A stretch of 64,000 nt of DNA from Azolla caroliniana (lineage: Eukaryota > Plantae > Polypodiophyta): NCBI GenBank assembly GCA_043228905.1, contig JBHGNT010000017.1, forward strand, positions 5,022,001 through 5,086,000. The letters run 5' to 3'. Below the pieces are notes generated by a model, which was not told the origin of the DNA, made no database searches, and was given only the letters and a program-made list of their open reading frames with translations. How positions within the stretch are numbered: position 1 is the stretch's first letter; the number at the start of each line of letters is the position of its first letter. This document shows positions 24,871 through 36,389 of the stretch, one piece after another. The position numbers were made by a program, and so were the translations under genes.

Positions 24871-26769
24871 TTGAGACATAGTTCAGACTCTATTGTTGTG
24901 GCTAAGCTCTCTTATTTGGATCCGATATTCAACAACCACAATATAATGTAAGGTAATATTGGTGGTATGGATCAACAATGGTATTTTATGTTTTTCTAAT
25001 TTCCTTCACTTAGGGGTGGTCAATATGGTTAAGCACTCTTAATCTATTGTTCTCTTTGATCTCTTCTTCTTTTTCTCATAATTTAATGTAGTTTGATTTG
25101 TAATATGAGTAGTATTCTGAAAATCACAAATTGAGATGTATCATTGAATATCTATTTAGATGGACTTGGTACAAGGCACACTTGGTTTACAAATCGTCAC
25201 AACTAAAATCAAGTACCTTCAAAATTTTGAGGTAGGTTGATCTTTGGTTCCATGTGGGGGTTTTAAGAACTTGAATCTTGTTAATGCTACGGTAACAAAG
25301 TTGTTTCAATTTGGCAAACACTTTTTGATAACTCGTCATGTTATTGTCTCTTCTCAACACTCAACACTTTCTCTAGTTTTTTTTCTCGAATGCCATGAGT
25401 TTGGTTGATAGAAAATTGACTTTATATAGAATATGCATGTATTCTTGCTTGCTAACGAACTCCATTGTAGCGATAAATCTTTAAAAAGAAAACCCAAAGA
25501 AAGAAAAGGTATTTTTGGTTCTCATGGTCACAACTAAAGCCCAAAAACAATGATCAATCATGGTTTTTTATTTCCACAATACAAGTATCACAAGAGGGCA
25601 CCATATTAGCATTGAACTAGAATGTCTCATCAATGACTAGAGCACATGTTTTTATAGCATGGTTGGATACATTGCATACTCACAATATTGATACCATGCA
25701 CAATCACCATTTGGGGTTCATGCAAGCATGTGACTTGGTGATTGGTGAGGTGATGAAATCGCGTATATGTATGACCTAGACTATATAAGAAAAGTTACAA
25801 CAAATATTATATATGATATGATAGCCTTTTACTTTAGAGTCCCCTTTGAAACCTATTACCTTTTATGATGTTATATGATATTTACTTCCGATATCTCATA
25901 TTATTCCTTCATGTTTTGACTTGCATCAACTTTTGTTGGGGATGGTTAACGACCATAGGGCTCACATAAGCCCAATGACTAGGATGTTCAATTGTTTGAA
26001 TGCAGGCTTTTAAATCTATAGAGTTGTATGTACCCCATCAAGCCTCTCTAATACTTTCTCATAGTTGGATAGGTAATCCAATACGAACTTTTGACCCAGA
26101 ATTCAATATTTGTTCTCGTCCTTATCCAACTCCTCTCTTCCTTATTTAGCTCCTCTCAACCTTTCATAGGAATGCCATCTAAGAGTGACATTCTTATGAT
26201 CAAACGACAAATTCATAAAACCTTGTCCTCAAATTGAGCTATCAAGTTTATAGTTCATGCCCAACCGGAGTCTAAATGTTGTATTGTTGTCGTTGTATGC
26301 AGGTAACTAAAACTAATCGTAGTTGGGGTATTAATGACTAATTGAATAGATAGGTTGACCCATGAAAGTTTTTGTTAGCTTGTTGAAAATAGGCCCAATC
26401 TTAGAGTTATGAGTCGTTTATCTTATTGGCTAGTTGCAAATTTGGGATAAAGCATGATTACACTATGAATAATTTACATATGGCTTGTTGTACTTAAGAG
26501 AGTTTAAATTCATGAAACTTGTGTTAAGATATGGCCCTTCTATAATCTATGGTGAACTTCAACAAAACAAAACATGTATGTTTATGTATGTTGGGAGTGA
26601 CATCTTCTTGGGACGCTTCATCCTTATGTTTGAGGGAGAGAGAGAGAGGGGGAGGGAGGAAGAGAGAGAGAGAGCCTTTCTCGATATGTGAGTGTCAAAT
26701 CTTCTCTGTATCATTCCAATTTTATCCGATGTCCCCGAATGGATATGATATAATTGTGTGCTTTTACCA

Positions 26770-26772
<3 letters not shown>

Positions 26773-26841
<69 letters not shown>
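26773..26841. repeat. (AG)n microsatellite
   Basis: Uninterrupted AG run. Confidence 0.97.
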
Positions 26842-26843
<2 letters not shown>

Positions 26844-27516
26844 TCAAGATGGGATCTAGTTTACGTCACCCAAAACACGAGTAACAACATAAACCTTTAA
26901 CTCTTAGCATATTTTTGTCAAATTTGATCTTGGGAGTGAATATTTGTTTGCTTCACCCGAAGGAGAAACACAATCTTAGAGCATTCAATTATATATTTAC
27001 TATTCTTTTTTATCCATTTCTTATTTACAATGTTCTCTTAATCTACTAATGTTAACGACCTATATAGTGTACGTCTCCCACTTTTGATTTTGGTTATCCC
27101 ATGAGCACCTTTTCAATGTTGTTAATGGGATAACAAAGGGATGTAATTTAATCAAATTTAATGAATATATCATTATATATCATCACATCATTGATAATAA
27201 AACAAAAAAACCCTTGTTTTGGAACAAAAACTTGTAAATATATCACAAATTGCATACAAGAAAAGTGCTAAGATAGATTGGTCATAAAATGGTTGATTCT
27301 TATTTGGAAACATATGTTTATACTTAAAAAGATGTTTCTTATTGAGTAGAAGAGCATACAATTTTGTGGCCCACAAACAATTGTAAGATTACTTGAAAAT
27401 GCATTGATTTTCATAATAACCATCAACAACATTTGTCAAATGGATGGAATTGGGTCCACTTGTATTTTTGTTTCTAGTGTATAACCTACATATAGCACAT
27501 TAAGTAATTAACCATT

Positions 27517-28702
27517 TCATTCATCATCAGGTATGCTAGTTAAAAATCTATTTGATGAGTGTTCAGAATTAGTGAAAGGGATGCTAAACTCAACATTTGT
27601 AGTGTAACCTTCTACGTAATCACCAACAAGTGTCATGAGGTTGCTAGCTGTAAATAAGTCATCATTTGTATTATTAGTGTCCCTTACACTCCTTTCACTA
27701 TAAGGGTAGACATTTGTAAATACTTCATCAGTAATGGTGTCATTGAAGTATAATTGTGTCGTATCCTCATAGGTCGTATTGCCATCTAAATCATAAGTTC
27801 GAACCCGCATATGAATATGAACTGTTCTACTGGTGTACCAACCTGTGAGAAAAATGAATAATATACATGAGGTGTACAAGCAATAAAAGGGGTAAGAAAA
27901 AGAAAAAGAATTAGATGAAGTGAGCCCATGAATATAAAGTACCAAAGAAAATCAATCATAAAAAATATGTAAGTGTAGAATCTATAAGCATACTATATAA
28001 ATAGTAGGGAATGTTAAGTTTTGAAATATCCACAATGTAGGGGGAATGGTTAAGCTCATCAAAAGCTTCTTGTGAATAGAACATCATTGCAAAATACCAA
28101 TAAAAATGGCTAAATAATTTGAGTGAATAGAAAGTATTAAATCCAAAAGATTAAAAGACTTCTTGTGTGAACAAATCATGAGCAACCAAGAGGGAGAGAG
28201 GTATACCTGGATAGATGGTATAGAATGTGGCATGGCCTGTGGAGTTAGTAAGTTCTGCGCCTCGTAACCATGTTTCGTTAAGGGTATGCTCTTGTTGCAC
28301 ATCACTATAGACTCCATCATAGCGAGCATGCCAAATGTCAATCCGTGCACCCTCAACTGGGACACAATAGTCAAGGCCAATGGACAGAGTAGCATTCACC
28401 ACCTTGAAAGTTATATTGAGAGGGAGGCCATATGAGAGGTTTTGTGTCATGTATGCATTTACAATGCTCTCTTCGACCCAGTACGGTCCTTCTGTTTCTG
28501 ATTCAAGCTCGGTGCAATTGGTGGTCGAAGAAGAAGAAGAAGAATATGACAATAATGATGAAGGACTTGAGCTTGGGATCAAAGGAGACAATTCTTGGAC
28601 TTGGGTCGTCGTTTGGCTTGGAACCAAACGAGGAGATCTCGATGCCTCGTTCAATGTTGCCATTACCAAGAATAGGAAAAAGAACTCCACCACCACCCCC
28701 AT
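27517..28702 (-). CDS. Secreted intradiol ring-cleavage dioxygenase-like protein (273 aa; exons 28702-28207 and 27842-27517)
   Basis: ATG at 28702. A GT-AG phase-1 intron (28206-27843) joins TIYPG|WYTSRTVHIH in frame. Family motifs TEGPYW, DIWH..GVYS, WLRG..TN..G.A.F.TIYPGWY..R..HIH and TQLYF. Hydrophobic N-terminal signal and Ser-rich linker. No stops or frameshifts. Confidence 0.9.
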
Positions 28703-30627
28703 TTTTTAACTTCTAGTGTTTCTTCTTTCTCTTCTTGTACTGCTGCTTTTTACTTGAACTTCTTTCTTGATTTTTTGTCAGCTTCCCTTTTCCCCTCTTT
28801 CCTTTTTAAAGATCCATCTTTTTTTTTGCCATTATCATCATCATCACTCAATATTGTTGTCAAATTATCACTATCAATATCATACACGAGTCTCCAAGAA
28901 GTAATTTCTCGTGTCCAAAAACAAGTTCCTTGTCATCTAACAATAACCACCTATTAATGTTCATTCTCTTGTGTCTTGGGACATGGTTTTTTCCATCTAA
29001 AAGAGTAACCCCCTTTTCGCTCGTTTTTGGGTGTAGTTACTCCCATTTTTCTCCTATCTTTAACTTAAGGTAACCCACATAATTAAATTCATTTTTTCTG
29101 AATCATTAACCCTTCTTCAATCCAAACACATTGTTTCTCCATCTAGTAAGGCAACCACTTTTCATAGCTCACTCAATCATAATCCAAATCAAAAATCTCT
29201 TCTGAAAAGTCTAACCATTTCTTTGACATGTAGTGCATTGGTGTCAAAATCCACGTCCCGCCACATTTTCAAACTCCTTAATAATCATGACAATCCAAGT
29301 TATTGAATTTTTCGTCACTTAAGAGAGACACTAAAATTTATTAGAACATTGACAAATGTGAGAGACAACATTTTTAGATTGCAATGTTTCATTACATGGC
29401 TCTAGAATACAATGTTCAAAATGATAACACACGAGGAAAACATGGTTATGCATTTTGATGGACAACTAGGAAAATGTGGTTAAGTATTTTGATGGAAAAA
29501 CTAGTTTGAGAAAAATAAAGTAATGCAACTTTGCCATCTAATAAGACTTAACATAAGTAAGAGTAATTAAAATGTTTTGGAGGAAAAAGTTGTTAAGCTT
29601 TCTTTAGACAACTTGGCCGCATTTGAATTTTCATTTTCTCACACAGAGATCTCCATCAAAACGCCTACACTTTACAACAATGTCGAACTATGGGGTAATA
29701 ATTAAATGAATGTCCAATTCTCTCGCATAATTTTCTGTTTTAATAAATTTATCCTTGAAAGTTTACTAAAATTCTAGTAATGTGGCCTTTTCACAAGTAT
29801 TACAGAGTTTAAGACCATTAACCAATCAAATTTCTTAGTTTTTAGGCAATGCATGATTTTGGGCTTTCAAGAAGAAAAGCACATAGCATGCATAATTGCA
29901 TTTTAAGTATAACTAATTAAATTACCAATTCATTCCCTTCTTTCTACAACGTGATGTTGACAAAACAAATCAAGATTGGTAAGTGTTAAAAGGGTTTCCT
30001 TATCTAATCAAGAAACTAATTGAGTCAATTTACTTTTCTCCTCACTTGTGGCACTTTAAGAATTAGAAATAACTTCGTAGTTTTGTTAAAAGAGTCACAT
30101 ATGCCATTGGCTTATTTAATTTTTACTGTGTTAAACACGACTTTTCAAAAACAATTCTGTAGGACGTATGCGGAGGAACTATGTGAAAGACTTTTAGAAA
30201 ACAATTCTGTAGGAGGTTAAACCATTTGTATATGAGGAGGAACTATGTGAAAGGCTTCCATTGTATCCTCCTTTTCATATAACAACAATTGTCCCTCTAG
30301 AATGCCCCACCTAATTGCACCCCAAGTGATCACACACTTAACATGTTATCAATATTAGCAGCCTTAATACTCTCTTCCATACTTGCATAATTTTAGGACA
30401 AAACCACAATGCAACTTAATTGATTCCATCATACATCCACAACCAAATCCACAGAACTTACTATTTAGTTGCTGTAACCAGCTCAAAACCAGTAGTGCAT
30501 AATATATCAATAACCAACAAAAAAGTACAATCTTCTTGGGAATCTGCATACTCCATAACCACTTCTAATATTTAGATGCATCCTATTGAAAATCAAACTC
30601 AACCCAGTCTAATGTGTGAACACACGC

Positions 30628-33600
30628 TATCGTGAAAATCAGTCACTAAGTGCGGATTGTGAGGCGGAACCGCTGGGGTTTTAGACTGGAAGGATTTGAA
30701 GTTTGCACTAGCTTTAGCGAGACAATAATTAAGATAGATTGAAACAGAGAGAGAGATTGAGATAAAATAGAACGCTTGACTTTAGATTGAGAGAGATTGA
30801 AATGGAGATAGAGATTAAGATTGAACCCTTCACTTTAGATTTTAGAAACAAGATTAATATATCACCAATTGGATAACGATTTTTCTTTTTCTCTTTTTTT
30901 CTTTTTCTTCTTCATCCACTCTTTTATAGATGCCCCCATGCATATGATGCATGTGAGGTGCAAGACATGCATGTAATGCATAAAATGCATGAGATGCATG
31001 ATTGCCATTTAGCGCTCATGCATTACATGTGTTGCATGATAACCATCTCACTCAATCAAGCTCTCATGTATGAGAATTTACATGTGAAAGTATAATGATA
31101 AAAATATAACTTAAAGAAATGACTCGGTTTTTTCGTTTCACACCGAAATTTTCAAGACATTGTGCTTAACGATCAACCTATCCGACCGACCCGTCTATCC
31201 GGTCCATCCGGTCCGCATCCGACTCGGTCCATCCTATCCACATCTAACCCGGTGATCCAATCCATCCGGTCCGGTGATCCGATCCAATCCAGTTCCGATG
31301 TCGTCCGGCCTGTCCGGTTCCATCGTCATCTAGTCCCGGTCCCGATTTTGGTTCCGTCGTCGTTCGTTCATTTCGGTTCCAGTTCTGTCATCGTTCAGTT
31401 CCAGTTTCGTCACCATCCGTCCGGTCCGGGCCTCCAAAACCATTACGAGTCGTTAAGCCACAGTTTAGCCCAAGAACATTCTGTGCTCCACATATAGACA
31501 AAAAGTAATAAGTTCTGGCTCTGCTTATATACTGTGGGATCCTGATTTGTCCTATTTATGTGTTTTGTTTTTCTCTTCTTCTTTTCAAACTTCACATTCA
31601 CATAACTTGACATTTAGTTTTCCGTTTCAAATGTAGTAACGTACATTCGGAAGCTCTTGACGACATCTATCTTTTCGTACCAAGATATTAAACGAATCTA
31701 AAATAGTATCTTTACTATTATTGTTTCATATTGTGTGTGAAGAACCACACTTGATTGTGTATGTTCCTTGCAATTTTCACACCATTACCGAAAATTTTCA
31801 CGACATCCACCCCCACCAAACCGCACATCCTCTGGTACATGCCAAGAAGAGAGAATGTGAGATTTCGGCTATGGTGATCAGTACGATTCCTCCATTTTGA
31901 GCATGTCCATTTCTTTCACTGAAAGCATTGTCACCAACCAATCCACCATATCATTAACTTTTTCTTTGCTTTAACATGACTAGTTCTCATGGCCCCTTGT
32001 TCTCCTTCAGAACATGACTCTTTAGGCTTTATGCATGTTCCACCTTTTTCCCGATCGTCTCCTTGCTCAAGGCACTATGTTTTTCTCCCCAAGCCTTTAT
32101 CTGAATAATGACATTCACTACCCCATGTAGTACCTTCAAGTGCATGCCCACTTTGAGATCCTTACGCGACCATCCTCTATATTTCTCACTTTGTCTAGTT
32201 TCATTATACAATCTCATGTTAGAGTTGAAAATCTTCACGCTAGCGTCTTTGCTAGATGTTTTGATCACATTCTTCCAATCCTGATGGCTCGCTTGGCCAT
32301 CGTCATCCCTTGTCGTACTTTGCCATCGTCATCCTGATGGCTCGATTTTGTCTCTATGCTTTGCTTGACCTCTTCCTCCCACACATTAGCTTCAACCCTT
32401 GCTTCTTCGTCATCGATCAATGCCCAAGTCTCCAGAACGAGTGTGGAGAGATCCATATGTATTTGTCGGCCACTTCCCAACATCATTATTTGTAGCAGCG
32501 TGGACATTCGCTTCCCTGCCATCATCTTCTGTCTCTTGGGTCTCACGTTGGCTTTGAACCACAACTGCCCAAGTCCCTAGAACATGTGCGAAGGAATCCA
32601 TTTGTCTTTGGTCAATTGCCTTCGACACCTTTGTCTTGATGTCATCTTTCACATCAGATTTGAACTCCCCCTTGTTGCCACCTTCCGTCTCTTGGGTCTT
32701 CTATTGGTTCTCGGACACAACTGCCCAAGTCTCTAGAACCAATGTGGGGAAAGTCTTGTTATTGCCATCATTCACTATCGACTCGTCCATATCTACCGTC
32801 TCCTCGATGTTGTGCACACCATCTTGGTCCTTCCCCTTACTACCACCTTCCATCTCTTGGGTCTCACGTTGGCTCTCTGCAACTACCCAAGTCTCCGAAA
32901 CTTGTGTGAAGGAATCCTCAATGCGGCCATCTGCCATTAATTCTTCCATAGACACCTCTGACACGATGTCATTTTTCGTGGCTATCTCTTCAATCTCATG
33001 GGCCTCGTACCCATTGACCCTCTTGATCGAGCAAGCCTCGATTATGATTCCTCTTCGTCACATGTTTTCGTTTCGACCTTCGGCTCCTCGCCAACACCTT
33101 CCGTCTCTTGGGTCTCACGTTGGTTCTTAGACGCAACTGCCCAGGTCTCTGGAACAAGTGCAAAGAAAATCTGACCATGGTCGTTGCCGATGCTTGTTGT
33201 CTTATTCATAGTCACCTCCTTGATGTCGTATTTAGCGGCTAGATCCTCAATTATGCTAGCCTCGCACTCTTTATCTCCATTGACGCAAGCTTTGATTAGG
33301 CTTGCTCCTTCATCATCCGATGTTTCGAACACGACGCGCGTCCCGAAACATTTGTCCTCCTTTGGAGTGGCCTTCGCCGTCCTCGAGTCATCGTCAATCT
33401 TCTTTTCTTGTAGGATGCGTTGTTTAGGTGGCTCGACTTCTTTAGGTGGTCTTGTTTTTTCTACTCTTGCCCTTGCTAAGTCAATATCATCAAGCCATTG
33501 ACGATGCGTATCAATCTTGTTGCATGCTCGCTTCACCGCAACCCAGTTTGCCACAAGCCCGTTTGCTTGGGTATCATCTTCAAGAAGAGTCCCCAATTCT

Positions 33601-36389
33601 CATCTATCCTTCATATCCACAACTTTCAAGAAGTACAAAGTCTTGTCCTCCTCAAGCAGCACTTGGTCCGTGTTTGGGAGACAACTAAACATCTGGTCAA
33701 ATTCGTCATACACCCTCGAGGCGCTCAACTTCTTATTTTTCTTTTCTATCCACTTCATTAAGGCATGTCGAGTCATCCTCAACAAATCTTCTGTCGTGAA
33801 CTCTACTAATATTGCTTTCTCGAACTCGGACCATGTTGTCTTGCCTTCTTGAAGTTCGATGATGCGTCTTTGGATGTTGTTGGCGACCACTCTCTTGAAA
33901 CTTGTAATTTGACGCACTTTCGACACGTCCCTCTGATTCATCTCCCTTCTATATGCATCAAGGAACTTCGTAATGTTCCTTCCGTCAAATTGACCCTCAA
34001 GCTCTACGACACGGTCGACAGCCTTCTCCACGCTCGCATCGTTGTCCCGAGATCTCATCACTTTTTCAACGATTAGAATCATCCTTTTCAACTCTCCCAA
34101 TTGATTGCTTGAGGATGCCATCTCCAAGTATCGGTCGATCCTTGACTTGATCCTTCCTACTGCCTATTTCGCGTCGGCTTCATCACTCAATTATGTCGTG
34201 AAAATCCATCACTACGTGCGGATCATGAGGCGGAACCGCCGGGGTTCTGGACCGGAAGGATTCGAAGTTTGCACTAGCTTTAGCGAGAAAGTAATTAAGA
34301 TAGATTGCAAGAGAGAGAGATTGAGATAAGATAGAACGCTTGACTTTACATTGAGAGAGATTGAAATGGAGAGAGAGATTAAGATTGAACCCTTCACTTT
34401 AGATTTTAGAAACAAGATTAATACATCACCAATTGGATAACGATTTTTCTGTTTCTTTTCTTTTTCTTTTCTTTTTTTTAATTTCTTGATTAATACATAG
34501 CCCGTTTTTCTTCTTCATCCACTCTTTTATAGATGCCCCCATGCATATGATACATGTGAGGTGCAAGACATTCATGTGATGCATAAAATGCATGAGATGC
34601 ATGATTGCCATTTAGTGCTCATGCATTACATGTGTTGCATGATAACTAACCATGTTACTAAATCAAGCTCTCATGTATGAGAATTTACATGTGAAAGTAT
34701 AATGATAAAAATATAACTTAAAGAAATGACTCGGTTTTTTCGTTTCACACCGAAATTTTCAAGACACCGTGCTTAACGATCAACCTATCTAACTGACCCG
34801 TCTATTCGGTCCATCCGGTTCGGTGATCTGATCCAGTCCAGTTCTGGTGCTATCCGGCCCGTCCGGTTCCGTCGTCGTCCGGTCCCCGTCCCGATTTCGG
34901 TTCCGTCGCCGTCCGTCCATTCCGGGTCCAGTTTCAGTTCCGTCGCCATTCGGTTCCCGTTTCATCGCCATCCGTCCAGTCCGGTCCTCCAAAACCATTA
35001 TGAGTCTTTAAGCCATAGTTTAGCCCAAGAACATTTTGTGCTCCACATATCGACAAAAAGTAATAAGTTCTGGCTCTGCTTATATACTGTGGGATCCTGA
35101 TTTTTCCTATCTATGTGGTGTTACGGGCATGACCATATAATATCCCGTGGTGAGAATTTACCACAGTATTCTTTACACTCTCGTTTAACCTTCACACTTA
35201 TCCACGTGTATAGAATACTACGGTAAATTCTCACCACGGGATATTATATGGTCGTGTACCTCACAATTCTAAGACATTGCCTATGGGTAAGTGCGTTGAA
35301 TTAGCCCCATGGTTTTGTGGACCATTTACAGTCCTCAAACGCATTGGGTCATCAACCTATCGTCTCACTCTTCCCGATGGCGTTGAAATTCATCCAGTTT
35401 TTCATGTGAGTCGTCTAAAAGAACTTCTAGGTTCTAATGACAATACAGTTACAACTGAAACTCTGGTTACTTCTGAAGAATTATCTTCTAAACCACATGT
35501 ACCAGAAAGAATTCTCGATGTTAAAACAAAAAAATTACATACTAAAGAAATCCAAGAATTTAAAATAAAATGGATGGATAAATCAATAAAAGATGCCACA
35601 TGGGAACGCGAAAATACTCTCAAAACTAACTTCCCTAACTTTCCGTTGCAAGAGTGCAATGTTTTAAAGAGGGGGAGTATGTTACGGGCATGACCATATA
35701 ATATCCTGTGGTGAGAATTTACCGTAGTATTCTATACACGTGGATAAGTGTGAGGGTTAAACGAGAGTGTAAAGAAGGGGAGGATTACTTTTAATCCTGA
35801 GACAACCCATTAGGCCAAGTGTGAACTTGCCTGGGGGGCTTGGGTATCACTATAAATAAGAGGCCTAGCTACCCTCATTTGAGGATCTTGTTGACTACGT
35901 CGAGACTCTATCTTGTGGTGGGTCAACTCTTGTAGCGAGCGCGCCAGCACCATGTACGACTCGACGCCACGACGATGGTATGGGACGCTGATCGAGGCTT
36001 GAGTCCGTCTCGATCCCTTCGCTCGGGGGTGGTCAAGTGGATCAGCACCCTTCTTTCTCTCTCTCCTTTCTATCTATTTATCTATTTTCTATCCTTATCT
36101 CATGCTTACATTAGTCTATGTCTCTAATATGTGGGATATCTCATAGTTTTGTTTTTCTCTTCTTCTTCTCAAACTTCACATTCACATAACTTGACATTTA
36201 GTTGTCCGTTTCAAATGTAGTAAAGTACATTCAGAAGCCCTTGAAGGCATCCATATTTTCGTACCAAGATATTAAACTAATCTAAAATAGTATCTTTACT
36301 ATTATTGTCCCATATCATGTGTGAAGAACCACACTCGATTTTGTATGTTGCTCGCAATTTTCACACCATTGCCGAAAATCTTCACGACA
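30628..36389 (-). mobile_element. Non-autonomous (gag-only) LTR element E of the Trp-primed lineage
   Basis: LTRs 30628-31805 and 34194-36389 (the latter split by a chromovirus fragment). TSD ACGC at 30624-30627 and 36390-36393. Degenerate Trp PBS 34168-34185. PPT 31806-31817. The gag ORF 33600-34127 (GQFDGRNITKFLDAYRREM) resembles Gypsy B gag. No pol motifs. Confidence 0.9.
35119..36143 (+). mobile_element. Internally deleted chromovirus: LTR start with fold-back, integrase C-terminus/chromodomain, PPT and 3' LTR
   Basis: GPFTVLKRIG, HPVFHVSRLK and PERILD..IKW..DATWE motifs. PPT AAGAGGGGGAG. LTR 35680-36143, whose start is repeated at 35119. TSD unresolved. Confidence 0.85.

Noticed and set aside
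25011-25030. TAGGGGTGGTCAA as a hAT/MITE terminus
   Set aside because: No partner inverted repeat or TSD found.
28084-28716. Alternative-frame and antisense ORFs over the dioxygenase
   Set aside because: They overlap the motif-bearing frame and have no independent support.
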